Of a stretch of DNA of 64,000 bases, positions 52,056 to 62,061 are shown one piece after another. The number at the start of each line of letters is the position of its first letter. The stretch's first letter is position 1. Made by a program: the position numbers and the translations under genes. The notes beneath the pieces were generated by a model. It saw only the letters and a program-made list of their open reading frames with translations. It was not told the DNA's origin and did no database searches. The stretch comes from Verrucomicrobiota bacterium. Lineage in GTDB: Bacteria > Verrucomicrobiota > Verrucomicrobiia > Limisphaerales > UBA9464. The stretch spans positions 139,426 through 203,425 of the forward strand of contig JAXMHR010000001.1 of NCBI GenBank assembly GCA_046346705.1, read 5' to 3'.

Positions 52056-53081
52056 TTACTGGGTGGAACCACCGCTGGCGGGAGCTTCCTTGCCCCGACC
52101 CTTTTCTTTAGCATCCTTCTCCTTTTCCTTGGGCGGGAGAAGACTGACTACCTCGAGTCCGATGGTGACGCGCAGGGGTTTTTCATCGAGCACGACCTCG
52201 CCCGGGCGGCTGGTGGTGGGAGGAGGAGCAGCCACCGGCGCTTGGGGAGTACCGCGACCATACAATCCATATCGACGCGCCAGCATTGGATCCATTCCCG
52301 GAGGAAAGCCCGGCGCTGGCGCAACGACCGCCGGAGCCGCCGGCGTCGCGTTATCGAGGGTTCCCCGTTCCACATTCAGGGTCTTCACCACGAAGGATTC
52401 CGGTGAATTGATCAAGCCCGTGAATACCTTGGCCAGCTCTTGACTGAACCCCTGAAAGACGACCTCGTAGGGATACACGACCGCTCCGAGCGTCGAATTC
52501 GTGGAAACTTTCTTTGTCAAAAGATCACCCGTTCCCCCCATTTCGTTGGTACCGACCGCGGACCGCTTCAGCGCAACCACCGAATGAACCTTCGCATCAA
52601 ACAGTACGCGGCAGATGGCGGCGAGATTCTCAAGATGGGAGGTTAGAGGAACAAGCGTCCGCTCCGGGAGCTGGAGCTGCTTGCGTTGCTCCTCAAAAGT
52701 GAAGTTGTACTTGTCCGGAAGCTTCACTCCGGCGCGTTCCGCTTCGCGGGAGAGCTCGGCAATCTTGGATTCCAGGAGGGACTTGAACGCGGCATTGTCG
52801 AGATTCTCGGGAAGCTGCCTCAGGGCGAATTTCTTGCGGGCATCCAAGATGAAGGCATTGACCCGCTGTTCCTCATCCCGGGCCAGTTGGATGTTGGCCT
52901 GATCGGGATAGACCTCCCGCTTCACCAGTTCGTCCAACTGCCCCTTCTTGGCCTGCAGATCCCCATCCGCGGCGTTGGAGTCTCCCATGGTGCCCAGCGA
53001 ATACCAGACACCGGCGCCCAGCAAAACGACCGCGACAGCGAGGCCGATGACGAATCCGAGGTTTTTCTTGACCCACCCCAT
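52056..53081 (-). CDS. Amuc_1100-like pilus-associated protein (PilO position)
   Basis: 341 aa. N-terminal TM helix, a coiled region, the block 'VYPYEVVFQGFSQELAKVFTGLIN....FVVKTLNVERG', then a Pro/Ala-rich segment and '...LRVTIGLEVVSL'. This order matches Akkermansia Amuc_1100 as I remember it. Confidence 0.6.
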   Translation of the reverse strand: MGWVKKNLGFVIGLAVAVVLLGAGVWYSLGTMGDSNAADGDLQAKKGQLDELVKREVYPDQANIQLARDEEQRVNAFILDARKKFALRQLPENLDNAAFKSLLESKIAELSREAERAGVKLPDKYNFTFEEQRKQLQLPERTLVPLTSHLENLAAICRVLFDAKVHSVVALKRSAVGTNEMGGTGDLLTKKVSTNSTLGAVVYPYEVVFQGFSQELAKVFTGLINSPESFVVKTLNVERGTLDNATPAAPAVVAPAPGFPPGMDPMLARRYGLYGRGTPQAPVAAPPPTTSRPGEVVLDEKPLRVTIGLEVVSLLPPKEKEKDAKEKGRGKEAPASGGSTQ

Positions 53082-53082
53082 A

Positions 53083-54957
53083 TCAAAGCTTGATCGGACG
53101 TTTGAGTTTTGCCTTGAGCGGGAACGAGAAAGAAACGGAATTCTCGGCCCCGTTATCCAGGTTCCCCGACAACTGGGTCTCCTTTTCGTCGAAGAGCGGA
53201 CAGGCCTTCATGGCTTTCTCCACTTCGTAGGCAATTTCCCCGTTGGCCTTTGGATTCACGTTCACCGCGCGAAACGTGAGATTGACCACGGAAATCTCGT
53301 TGGTGTTGCCGGCAGCGCCCTTGGCCTTCGACTTCCCTGCGTCCGCCCCCTCGGCCGCTCCATCTCCCTCACCTTCCGCCTTCTTGGGAAGCAGTCCGTA
53401 CCGCCTTGCGAGCACCGGATCCATCCTGTAAAAATTTTGGGCTGCGTTTTGGGAAGTGTCCTCTTCCTGCGCGACGGGAGTGGATGGCTCCGTTGAGAGC
53501 AGGGTATCCACCCAGATGCTCACGGGAACACCCATCTTGGAACGCACCACGCCTTCGGTTCCGTTGAGGACACCGCCGATGTTGGAGACAATCTCCGCCC
53601 AGTAGAGCCGGTCCTTGAGCCAGAGACTGTACTGATTGGCATCTTCCGTGGCCTTCTTGAGCTTGCCCTCGGCCGCCTCCAACTGGTTCTTCTTCGCATC
53701 CAGTGGTTGCACCTTCTCCTCAACCTTGGAAATGCCATCCCGCTCCACGGCCGCAACCTTGGAAAAGAACCACCCGACCGCGAAGACACCCACCACGGCC
53801 GCGTACGCCGCCACCAGGAGAAAAGGCTTCTTGGCGTTGAACTGTTGCCGGGTCAGCGACGCCTTGGGCATCAGGTTCAACTCGACCGGGCACTGGGCCA
53901 CGTTTCGGAGTCCCAGACCCACCACTTCTCCAAACTGCGGAGCCACCGGCTCCAGTTGAGCCACGTTGACGGAAGGGTCGATTTGGACGTTCCGGAACGG
54001 ATTGAGGAATTCAACGGGCAGGCTGAGCTTTTCTTCAAAGAACTGAGCTGCATACGGCATGAGGGAGCCACCGCCGCAAAGGTAAACCCGCACCGGCGCC
54101 GCGCCCCCCTGCTGCGTCCGGTAAAACTGGATGGTCTGGTTGACCTGAAGATGCAACCGGGTCAATACATTGCGGGCGACCTTGGAGACCGCGGCAACCC
54201 GCGGATTGTCAGGCTCTTCGTAGGCGCCCCCCAAGCTGACAAAACCATCCGAAAGCTTGAATTTTTCCGCCTCGTCAAAGCGCAGTTTGCTCTCCGCAGC
54301 AAACTCCTGAGTGATCGCGTTTGCCCCCACATTCACGCTGCGGGCGTAATAGCGGGCGGGTTCAAACAGGAGGACGTTGCTGGTCTTGGCCCCAATGTCG
54401 ATCAGGAGACTGCACCCCTCCTGATCCCCATAGTTGTAGCGGAACGTGTTGGCCAGTGCGCCAATCGACGCGTCGACGACCTGCATCTTCAGGCCTGCGG
54501 TCTCTCCGGCGCCAAACAACTGCTTCTCGACGATATCGGTCTTAACCGCGACGAGCAGCACCTCGAGTTCTCCGCCCGAACTCGTCCCGAGAATCTGATA
54601 GTCCCACGCCGTTTCAGCGAGGGGAAAGGGAACGTTCTGCTGGGCTTCGTACTGAATAATCTGGGTGACCTTGGAGGTATCGACCGGAGGAAGCTTGACG
54701 AACTTCGAAAACACCTGAAACCCCGGTGCGCAAAGGTTCACCCCCTTGGCCCCAAATCCTCCCTCAGCCAGAAGTTCCCCCAACGCCTTCTTGACGACCG
54801 CTTCCCGCGCCGCGTCCTGGGAGCCCGCAAGCCCCAGCGGCTTCAGGCCAAAGCGCAGCAGCTTCAGCCCGCTGCCCTCAACGGCCTCAAATTCGGCGAC
54901 CTTGAGGCACCCGGCACCAAAGTCGACCGCCAGAAATGTCTTAGATGTTTTCAACAT
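53083..54957 (-). CDS. pilM: PilM-PilN fusion (actin-like pilus assembly ATPase fused to a PilN-like bitopic segment)
   Basis: Start at the internal ATG 54957. 'FLAVDFGAGCLKVAEF', 'LLIDIGAKTSNV' and 'VYLCGGGSLMP' are PilM/FtsA-like actin-fold motifs. 'ELNLMPK', a TM helix ('FLLVAAYAAVVGVFAVGWFF') and a coiled coil follow, as in PilN. Confidence 0.8.
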   Translation of the reverse strand: MLKTSKTFLAVDFGAGCLKVAEFEAVEGSGLKLLRFGLKPLGLAGSQDAAREAVVKKALGELLAEGGFGAKGVNLCAPGFQVFSKFVKLPPVDTSKVTQIIQYEAQQNVPFPLAETAWDYQILGTSSGGELEVLLVAVKTDIVEKQLFGAGETAGLKMQVVDASIGALANTFRYNYGDQEGCSLLIDIGAKTSNVLLFEPARYYARSVNVGANAITQEFAAESKLRFDEAEKFKLSDGFVSLGGAYEEPDNPRVAAVSKVARNVLTRLHLQVNQTIQFYRTQQGGAAPVRVYLCGGGSLMPYAAQFFEEKLSLPVEFLNPFRNVQIDPSVNVAQLEPVAPQFGEVVGLGLRNVAQCPVELNLMPKASLTRQQFNAKKPFLLVAAYAAVVGVFAVGWFFSKVAAVERDGISKVEEKVQPLDAKKNQLEAAEGKLKKATEDANQYSLWLKDRLYWAEIVSNIGGVLNGTEGVVRSKMGVPVSIWVDTLLSTEPSTPVAQEEDTSQNAAQNFYRMDPVLARRYGLLPKKAEGEGDGAAEGADAGKSKAKGAAGNTNEISVVNLTFRAVNVNPKANGEIAYEVEKAMKACPLFDEKETQLSGNLDNGAENSVSFSFPLKAKLKRPIKL

Positions 54958-55139
54958 GGGGACAGATCTCCCACCGCTCGCCGCCAATCACGAACCAGGC
55001 TGGAAACGACCAGGCGGCAACCAAAACTGGCTAAAGCGACCGGGTAGGTAAGAAAAGCGTGCATGCGGGTCAAACAGAAAACCCCCTGGGACGGCAAAAA
55101 TTTACAACTGTTCACATCGGACGCGCAAGTCGATTATCA

Positions 55140-56420
55140 TCAAAATCGCCGTCGCCACACGAACATTCGCTCGCGACCACGCCTCGATTCAAACGAACGG
55201 GGAACCCAGTGACGAACCAACTCAAACCCCGGCTCCCACCAACGCCGAAGCTCGGATATCGTGACTCCGAACGGCGGGCCGAAGGCATCCGCAGGCTGCA
55301 GATAATTGATGGCCAGGTAGTGCCCTCCCGGACGCACACGCCGCTCCACCGCCCGAACGTATTCCGCGCGACGGGACGGAGGAATGGCGCAGAAGAGTGT
55401 GTGCTCAAACAGCCAATCCACGGGCTTCCCGGGCCCTTCTGCGAGGAAATCACCCTCGAGAAACTCGACCGTCATTCCTGCCGGTGTTCGAGCTCGAGCC
55501 TCCCGCACTGCGGAGGGGGAAAGATCCTCCGCCTCCACGTGAAATCCCGCCGAGGCCCAGGCCCGGGCATCGTGTCCTCGTCCACACCCCGGGACCGCCA
55601 CCCTCCGACCCCGGGGAAACTCCGTCGGCCAGTCGGCCAAAAAATCCACCAAACCCGGCGCCGGCATTCCGCGATCCCAGCGGGTGTCGCCTTCCTGGTA
55701 AAGCGCCTCCCAATCCACCGGCCGCTCCCGGTGGCGCCCCGCATCCAGCACCTGTTCCACCGACACTCCATCGAGGGACTCCAACGCCAATGCCGGCGAA
55801 TGTTCCAGCAATTCCGAAAGCGTCTCGCCTCCGGTCGCGACGGCAACGCACCGCGCCCCAATGGCGCGAGCGCACTCGATGTCGGCGCGGGTGTCTCCGA
55901 TGACCACCACGGATCCCCCTTTGATCGAACGCCCAAGAAACGCGGAGCCACGCTCCAATGCAATCCGCGCCAGTTCATTCCGATCATGATGGTCGTCGCC
56001 GAAGGCCCCCAGAACGAAGGCCTCGGCAAGACCGTGGGGATGCAGTTTGAGACCCGCCCCCAACCGAATATTCCCGGTCAGTAATCCGATAACCGGCGGT
56101 TCGTCCCATCCGCGCAATCCCTCAATGAGTTCCCCCACTCCGGGACACGTTTCGCCGGCATGACGGCTCATCTCTTCGTCGAGAAGAAAGGCATAGGCAT
56201 CCAGAAATCGTTCACAGTCGAGATCAGTGTTTGAAAGCCCGTGCTCGGATAAGAATTCCCGAACGATCGAACGGTCCGTCCGTCCGTGAAACCGAATCCC
56301 CCGGGTTGGATCCTCCACCCCGTACAACAATTGCGCCGCACGACCGAACGCCTTCACTCCGGCCCCGCCGGTCCGAATGAGGGTTCCATCGATATCAAAC
56401 AGCACCAGTTCGGTTTTCAC
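55140..56420 (-). CDS. Fusion protein: HAD-superfamily phosphatase + TPMT-like SAM-dependent methyltransferase
   Basis: 426 aa. HAD motifs are 'LFDIDGTL', 'LLTGN' and 'VVVIGDTRADIECA'. The C-terminal half has 'W..LYQEGDTRWD', 'VAVPGCGRGHDA', 'FEHTLFCAIPP' and 'PGGHYLAI', as in thiopurine/halide methyltransferases. Confidence 0.75.
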   Translation of the reverse strand: MKTELVLFDIDGTLIRTGGAGVKAFGRAAQLLYGVEDPTRGIRFHGRTDRSIVREFLSEHGLSNTDLDCERFLDAYAFLLDEEMSRHAGETCPGVGELIEGLRGWDEPPVIGLLTGNIRLGAGLKLHPHGLAEAFVLGAFGDDHHDRNELARIALERGSAFLGRSIKGGSVVVIGDTRADIECARAIGARCVAVATGGETLSELLEHSPALALESLDGVSVEQVLDAGRHRERPVDWEALYQEGDTRWDRGMPAPGLVDFLADWPTEFPRGRRVAVPGCGRGHDARAWASAGFHVEAEDLSPSAVREARARTPAGMTVEFLEGDFLAEGPGKPVDWLFEHTLFCAIPPSRRAEYVRAVERRVRPGGHYLAINYLQPADAFGPPFGVTISELRRWWEPGFELVRHWVPRSFESRRGRERMFVWRRRF

Positions 56421-58605
56421 CAGCCCCAGCTTGAATCAGAGTCGTGTTCCGGCCAATGGGGATCGTTCGGGAATCGGAGGAAGCACCCGAATTCATCAAA
56501 TGCTCCCGGACCCGGGATCGGGCCAGTTCGACCAGACGCCGATCCCGGCGCAGATCGGCAAAGCGAAAATCCGGAAGACCGCTTTGCTCGCGCCCCGCCA
56601 AATCCCCAGGACCCCGCAGGGAAAAATCGGCCTCCGCCAAGGCAAACCCGTCCTTCGCCGACACCAGCACCCGCAGCCGCTCCATCGCCTCGTCCGAGGC
56701 ATTGGAAGCCGGGACCAGGATGCAATGCGATGGATGGGGCCCGCGGCCGATCCGTCCCCGGAGTTGGTGGAGCTGTGCCAACCCAAATTGTTCCGCGTTT
56801 CCGATCAGCATCACGGTCGCATTCGGAACGTCCACACCCACTTCCACCACGCTCGTCGCCACCAAGGCCCCCAGTTTGCCTTCCCGAAACGCGGCCATCA
56901 CTGCCTCCTTCTCGGCTGCGGGCATCCTCCCGTGGAGCATCCCGACCGCACTGGGTGCCAGCTCGCGGGCGACCCGCTCCCGCTCGCGTGTTACGGCCCC
57001 GACATCCTCCGTCTCCGAGTCACCCACCCTTGGGTACACCACGTACGCCTGCCGGCCAGAGCGGATCTGACCCCGAATAAACTCCCAAACCCGAGGCAGT
57101 GCATCCGTTCGACGCACATGGGTGCGGATTGGGGTCCGTCCCGAAGGCAGTTCATCCAGGACGCTTACGTCGAGATCCCCGTAAAGCGTCAAACCCAAGG
57201 TGCGGGGAATCGGCGTGGCCGTCATGACCAGAAGGTGTGGATAGCGCCCCTTTCGCAACAGTCGATCCCGCTGCACCACTCCAAACTTGTGCTGCTCGTC
57301 GATGATCACCAATCCCAGTCGGGAAGTTTCGAAACCCGGTTCAATCAATGCATGGGTACCCACGACCACCTCGGGACGCGTCCCCATCCCACCGCGCCCT
57401 CCCGGTGGAATCAATTCGGGTTCACGGGATGACTTCCGACTACCCGTATGGATGCGAACGGCAATCCCGAACGGCTCCAGGGACTGTCGAAAAACCCGCT
57501 CCAACTGCCCGGCAAGGATTTCGGTCGGGGCCATCACCGCCACGTTGTACCCGGACTCCAAGGTCATCAGTGCGGCGCAAACCGCGACCAACGTCTTGCC
57601 GGATCCGACGTCCCCCTGAAGAAGGCGGCGCATCGGGACGGATCCACCCAGTCCGCTGCGAATCTCACGGAGCACCCGGGTTTGCGCTCCGGTCAGGGAA
57701 AACCCGAGCCCTCCAAGAAAGGGGCGGATCCATCGGTTGTCCCCGGCGCAGGGAAGTGCACGGGCTCGAAGCTCCAAATTTCGCCGGCGACCCTGGATCG
57801 ACAGCTGGAGGTCGATGAATTCGTCCAGCGCCAACCTCCGCCGCGCACGCTCCGCATCCGCGAGATCCGCTGGATAATGCAGGGCCCGGAGCGCCTCGCG
57901 TCGCAGAGGGCATCGCCCCAGCGCCATTCCCAGCTTCAATTCCCCCGCGCTGTCCTCCACGGGAAGATCCATCGCCGCCAAGTGGAGCTCCGGATGGGGT
58001 TCGGGAAACGCATCCGCGCACGCCTCCACCGCCTGCCAGGTCAGGGAACGGATCACGCGCTGAGTCAGGCCTTCGGTCAGGGGATACATCGGGACCCAAC
58101 GGTTGATGTGCAGAAACTCCTCGTCCCCGTTCTCCACCTTTTCGGTCTCCGGATGATCCATGGTACGCGGCCGGATCGATTGCACCCGCCCAAAGACCAA
58201 GAGCTCCTCACCGACCGCAAAATGCCGTTCCAGAAACGGCAAATTCCACCAACGGCAATGGAGTCGCGCCGATCCGTCGTCCAGCACGAGCTGGAACACG
58301 GACTTTCCACTGCGGAATCGATTGACTCCCTGGGCCACGATCCTTCCCCGAACGCTGACGGACGCACCCTGTTCCAGGTTTCGAATGGATTCGAAGCGCC
58401 GACGGTCTTCGTAGCGGCGCGGGGCATGGAACAACAGGTCGCCAACCTTCTGAATTCCCAGACGCCCCAACAACGCCATGCGGTCCTGGCCTACGCCACG
58501 AAGGCGGGTCACCGGAGTATCCGGCCCCACCGGCGCGACGACATCCGCCGGCGGCCGGGCCAAGGGCGGGGAATCTTTCGGCGCGATGGGAATCCGGCCT
58601 TCCAC
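56395..58605 (-). CDS. recG: ATP-dependent DNA helicase RecG
   Basis: 736 aa. 'L.GVG......L..LGI..V.DLL.H.PRRYEDRR', a wedge domain, Walker A 'LQGDVGSGKT', 'DEQHKFG' and 'TATPIPRTL'. The stop overlaps the next gene start by 26 nt. Confidence 0.9.
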   Translation of the reverse strand: MEGRIPIAPKDSPPLARPPADVVAPVGPDTPVTRLRGVGQDRMALLGRLGIQKVGDLLFHAPRRYEDRRRFESIRNLEQGASVSVRGRIVAQGVNRFRSGKSVFQLVLDDGSARLHCRWWNLPFLERHFAVGEELLVFGRVQSIRPRTMDHPETEKVENGDEEFLHINRWVPMYPLTEGLTQRVIRSLTWQAVEACADAFPEPHPELHLAAMDLPVEDSAGELKLGMALGRCPLRREALRALHYPADLADAERARRRLALDEFIDLQLSIQGRRRNLELRARALPCAGDNRWIRPFLGGLGFSLTGAQTRVLREIRSGLGGSVPMRRLLQGDVGSGKTLVAVCAALMTLESGYNVAVMAPTEILAGQLERVFRQSLEPFGIAVRIHTGSRKSSREPELIPPGGRGGMGTRPEVVVGTHALIEPGFETSRLGLVIIDEQHKFGVVQRDRLLRKGRYPHLLVMTATPIPRTLGLTLYGDLDVSVLDELPSGRTPIRTHVRRTDALPRVWEFIRGQIRSGRQAYVVYPRVGDSETEDVGAVTRERERVARELAPSAVGMLHGRMPAAEKEAVMAAFREGKLGALVATSVVEVGVDVPNATVMLIGNAEQFGLAQLHQLRGRIGRGPHPSHCILVPASNASDEAMERLRVLVSAKDGFALAEADFSLRGPGDLAGREQSGLPDFRFADLRRDRRLVELARSRVREHLMNSGASSDSRTIPIGRNTTLIQAGAGENRTGAV

Positions 58606-58700
58606 GGCGCAAGGATGTCATGCGCCGCCGGACGCGGCGACCCACAAACAACCTCCAATGGGGAGAAACCCGGGTAGCGGAATCTGGGGAACGAACCGGA

Positions 58701-59192
58701 CTATTTGGGAAGGAGGTCCTGGGCCTTCTTCGAAGCGTCCGTGGCGGCCTTGCCCGCCGCATCCACGGCCTTGCCTGTGGCGTCCTTCACCTGAACCGCG
58801 GCCTTCTCGGCGGCACCCTTGGCCTGATCCAGCGCCCCGCCCGCAGCCTTGCCCGCGGATTGCATCAATTCGGCCCCACGCTCCTTCACCTGGGCAAGCA
58901 GGTCATTCAGTGCCGTCTTCTGGTCGGCGGACAGATTCGCCTCCGCCGCCATCTTTTGGAGAAACGTCCCGGCACCTGAAAAATCCCGGTCTGAAATCGC
59001 ATTCACCGCACGATCCAAATTGGCCTTCAACTCCCCTTTGGCCGAGGCGAACGCGCTTCGGAGTTTGGAAGTGTCCACGGTAATGGCGGCAACGGTCGGA
59101 TTCTGCACATCGGCGGAATCCTTCTTGCCGCACCCTGCGGGGGCGATGGCGATCAGGGAGAATGCGAGGGCTACGGCAATGGGAGACTTCAT
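58701..59192 (-). CDS. Lipoprotein with Ala/Lys-rich helical repeats
   Basis: Internal ATG 59192 gives 'MKSPIAVALAFSLIAIAPAGC' (lipobox). The C-terminus is repetitive: 'KAAGGALDQAKGAAEKAAVQVKDATGKAVDAAGKAATDASKKA'. Confidence 0.55.
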   Translation of the reverse strand: MKSPIAVALAFSLIAIAPAGCGKKDSADVQNPTVAAITVDTSKLRSAFASAKGELKANLDRAVNAISDRDFSGAGTFLQKMAAEANLSADQKTALNDLLAQVKERGAELMQSAGKAAGGALDQAKGAAEKAAVQVKDATGKAVDAAGKAATDASKKAQDLLPK

Positions 59193-59300
59193 GGTCAGAA
59201 AAGGTATGGGGCGAGTCCGGTTGATTCTGGGATTGGACAGCACCGCCGTTGGGCGAACACTGGACCGCGAAGCCCGTGCCGGGTCAATTGCAGAGGTGCC

Positions 59301-60116
59301 TCAGCATCCAAGGACCTCCCGCAGGTATTGCCGACTCCGGATCGCGATCTCCTCCGGACCTTCCGCGAAATCAAACACTTCAACAGAAACCGTGCCGTCG
59401 TAGCCGGACGCGCGCAACGCCGCGGCGATCGGACGGTAATCGACCGTTCCAAATCCGGGCCCCTTCAGGTTCACGTCGTTGGCGTGGAAATACGCAAACC
59501 GCCCCCGGGACTTTTGGATGATTTCGGGGATCGACACGGCTTCGGAGCACATCGCCTTCACGTCCAACATGATTTGGAACGCCGGCGACGCCACCAGCTC
59601 CACCACGGCAATCGCCTCCTCCGCAGTATTGAGGAAATTTGTTTCCGCCGGGGAAAGTGGCTCAAGGCAAAGGGTCACTCCGCGGGATTCCCCCCTCCGA
59701 ACCGCCGCCGCAAACGTTTCGCGGGTCCATCGGACCGCCTGTTCAAATCCCACTCCTGGAAGCAAGTCCCGGCGCTTCGGCGACCCGAACACCAAGGTTC
59801 GCCCCCCGACATCCGCGCAGAAGTCCACCGCCTCGGACAGGTACTCGGAGGTTCGGTCCCGGATAGCCGGGTCCGGATGGTTCACGTGAAATCCCTCCGT
59901 GTACGCGAGCACCCAGTGGATGCCCGCTACCGCGATTCCCGCCGCTTCGGCGCCCCCCCGGATTTCCGTGCGTGCGGCCTGGGAAATCCCGGTCACCAGC
60001 GGGGCAAATGTGAAGGGGGCGATTTCGACGGCGTCGTAACCGGCCTTCTTCGCAAACCGGCAGGTTTGGTCCCAAGTCCAGCCTTTGAAGATCTCGTTGC
60101 AGATCGCGAAACGCAT
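59301..60116 (-). CDS. Sugar phosphate isomerase/epimerase (xylose isomerase-like TIM barrel)
   Basis: 271 aa. 'MRFAICNE', 'AGYDAVEIAP', 'LCLEPL' and 'HANDVN' fit the AP endonuclease 2 / XI-like TIM pattern. Confidence 0.65.
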   Translation of the reverse strand: MRFAICNEIFKGWTWDQTCRFAKKAGYDAVEIAPFTFAPLVTGISQAARTEIRGGAEAAGIAVAGIHWVLAYTEGFHVNHPDPAIRDRTSEYLSEAVDFCADVGGRTLVFGSPKRRDLLPGVGFEQAVRWTRETFAAAVRRGESRGVTLCLEPLSPAETNFLNTAEEAIAVVELVASPAFQIMLDVKAMCSEAVSIPEIIQKSRGRFAYFHANDVNLKGPGFGTVDYRPIAAALRASGYDGTVSVEVFDFAEGPEEIAIRSRQYLREVLGC

Positions 60117-60284
60117 GGGCTGAACCTAAATCGGAGAGCGCCCCCAAACGAGGCGGGAATTCGGACACTCCCCGACAGGCATGGGGAGGTTCCGCGCTGC
60201 GCATTGTTCTCAAACGTGAATTTTCTGCCCCTTTTCAATCCGCTCAGACGAGAACGGCACGGGATTGGCTAAACTTTTCTCAAA

Positions 60285-60632
60285 ATGCCGTCCCCATCGG
60301 CAATTCCAGGAGCCGTCATGAATGCCGTTCGTTCCATCCCCTATCCGCCGACGCGTCTTCAGGCGCGGCCAACTCAAAAGCCGATCCACTTTCTTTGCCA
60401 GGCGCCCGGAGCCTCCCAGGTCTGCCTCACCGGCGATTTCAATCACTGGCATCCGTCTAGTCTGCCGATGGAGCGCGGTGCCGACGGTTCCTGGAGGATC
60501 ACAATCCCCCTGGGACACGGCAGCCACCACTACCAATTCCTTGTGGACGGTCACGCCTTGAATGACGCGAGGGCCCACGGAATCTCCCGAAATTCCCGCG
60601 GTGACCGGGTTTCGCTCCTTCAGGTCAGCTAG
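60285..60632 (+). CDS. Small glycogen-binding-like (CBM48 / early set) domain protein
   Basis: 115 aa. 'V.L.GDFN.W......M.R..DG.W...I.L..G.H.YQF.VDG' fits the AMPK-beta/isoamylase N-domain pattern. Confidence 0.5.
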   Translation: MPSPSAIPGAVMNAVRSIPYPPTRLQARPTQKPIHFLCQAPGASQVCLTGDFNHWHPSSLPMERGADGSWRITIPLGHGSHHYQFLVDGHALNDARAHGISRNSRGDRVSLLQVS

Positions 60633-61165
60633 GATGGCTCCGGCGCGTCCGGTGGCCCCTCCCTTGCGGGATCCTCGGAACGGCGACGATTTGCCACCGA
60701 TTCCGCTCTGCGCTCGGAGAAAAAGGTTCGCAGCAGCCCGGCCGACTCCTCGGAGCGGACGCCCGCGGTGATTTCGCAGCGGTGATTGAGCGAGGGAAAC
60801 TGCAGGAGGTTCATCGCGCCCCCGGCGGCACCCGCCTTGCCGTCCGGCGCTCCAAAGACAACGCGCGCCAATCGACAATGCACGAGAGCGCCCGCGCACA
60901 TGGGACAGGGTTCCTTGGTCACGTACAGCGTGCAATCCGACAATCTCCAGTCGCCCACAGCCTGCTCCGCCATGGTCAAGGCCAGCATCTCGGCATGGGC
61001 CGTGGCGTCCTTCAAAAGCTCCACCTGATTGTAGGCCCGGGACAGGATCCGCCTGCCGCGAACAATCACCGCCCCTACGGGTACCTCACCCGCCGCATAG
61101 GCCCGTACCGCCTGACGCAGCGCTTCCCCCATGAACAAGTGATCGGAGTCCAGATTGGTCCCCAT
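60629..61165 (-). CDS. tadA: tRNA adenosine(34) deaminase
   Basis: 'HAEMLAL' and 'PCPMCAGAL' zinc motifs, with an Arg/Pro-rich C-terminal tail. Confidence 0.85.
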   Translation of the reverse strand: MGTNLDSDHLFMGEALRQAVRAYAAGEVPVGAVIVRGRRILSRAYNQVELLKDATAHAEMLALTMAEQAVGDWRLSDCTLYVTKEPCPMCAGALVHCRLARVVFGAPDGKAGAAGGAMNLLQFPSLNHRCEITAGVRSEESAGLLRTFFSERRAESVANRRRSEDPAREGPPDAPEPS

Positions 61166-61169
61166 AGGG

Positions 61170-61673
61170 TTATCCTTGGACGGGGCGGGATTCCTCGATC
61201 ACCCAGTGATAACCGCCATCCGGATCGCACCGGCAATGAGCCGAAAAGAACCCGCCCCGGTGCCGCCAAAAAAGAGGCCAAATGCGCTCCCGGTCCGTTT
61301 CGGGAAGAGGCAGGGTGTCCAAATCAGCCCGGGCAACAAACGCAAACTCCCCTTCCTCGTGGGGAGGCGGAAGCGTCCGGAGACGTGGACGCACTTCGAA
61401 CAGGAACATCAGCCAGTGGGAGTTTCCCTGGTAGCCAGATTCACTGACAAGTCCCGTGAGATGGAGATCGCTGGGGCGAAGCTCGAGTCCCGTTTCCTCA
61501 AGGGCCTCACGGCAGGCGCAGGCGTGGGGAGATTCCCCGACCTCCGTTTTCAGTTTTCCACCCGGAGGAGACCAAAGTCCCGCATTGGGGGACCGTCGCC
61601 GGTGGAGCAGAAGGACCTCATCCCGGGAATTGAAGCCGTACAACAGCGTCGCGATCGCATGCCGGAGGGCCAT
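61170..61673 (-). CDS. NUDIX hydrolase
   Basis: 167 aa. Nudix box 'GGKLKTEVGESPHACACREALEETGL'. Confidence 0.8.
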   Translation of the reverse strand: MALRHAIATLLYGFNSRDEVLLLHRRRSPNAGLWSPPGGKLKTEVGESPHACACREALEETGLELRPSDLHLTGLVSESGYQGNSHWLMFLFEVRPRLRTLPPPHEEGEFAFVARADLDTLPLPETDRERIWPLFWRHRGGFFSAHCRCDPDGGYHWVIEESRPVQG

Positions 61674-61685
61674 CGCCAGGACCCC

Positions 61686-62012
61686 TTAAGACAGGAAACT
61701 GCAGATGTACTCGCAAATCCCGTCCCGAACCTCGATGTCAAAGCCGGAGTTGGCACCCACGTCAAAGAAGCTACCCGAGGAGACGGTCCGGACGGCGGAC
61801 TCTCCCGCAATCAAGACCTCACAGGATCCGGCCACAATCTCCATGCGTTCGGCCTGACCGGTGCCGAAATGAAAACGCCCCGGATAGATCAGGCCGAGCG
61901 TCTTTTTGGATCCGTCGGGAAAATGCAGCGTGTGGCTGACCACCCGGCCTTCGAAATAGATGTTGGCCTTGGTCACCGCGGTGACGTTCTTGAACTCGGT
62001 GGGTACAGACAT
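61686..62012 (-). CDS. ppnP: Pyrimidine/purine nucleoside phosphorylase PpnP (DUF1255 cupin)
   Basis: The internal ATG at 62012 gives 108 aa. 'VTKANIYFEGRVVSHT' and 'G.Y.F.T...E.ME...G' are typical. The longer ORF-track start overlaps ispE. Confidence 0.7.
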   Translation of the reverse strand: MSVPTEFKNVTAVTKANIYFEGRVVSHTLHFPDGSKKTLGLIYPGRFHFGTGQAERMEIVAGSCEVLIAGESAVRTVSSGSFFDVGANSGFDIEVRDGICEYICSFLS

Positions 62013-62061
62013 GGGGAAATCCTGGGGGAACCACGGATTCCGAGGCAAGGCTCGTCGGAGC

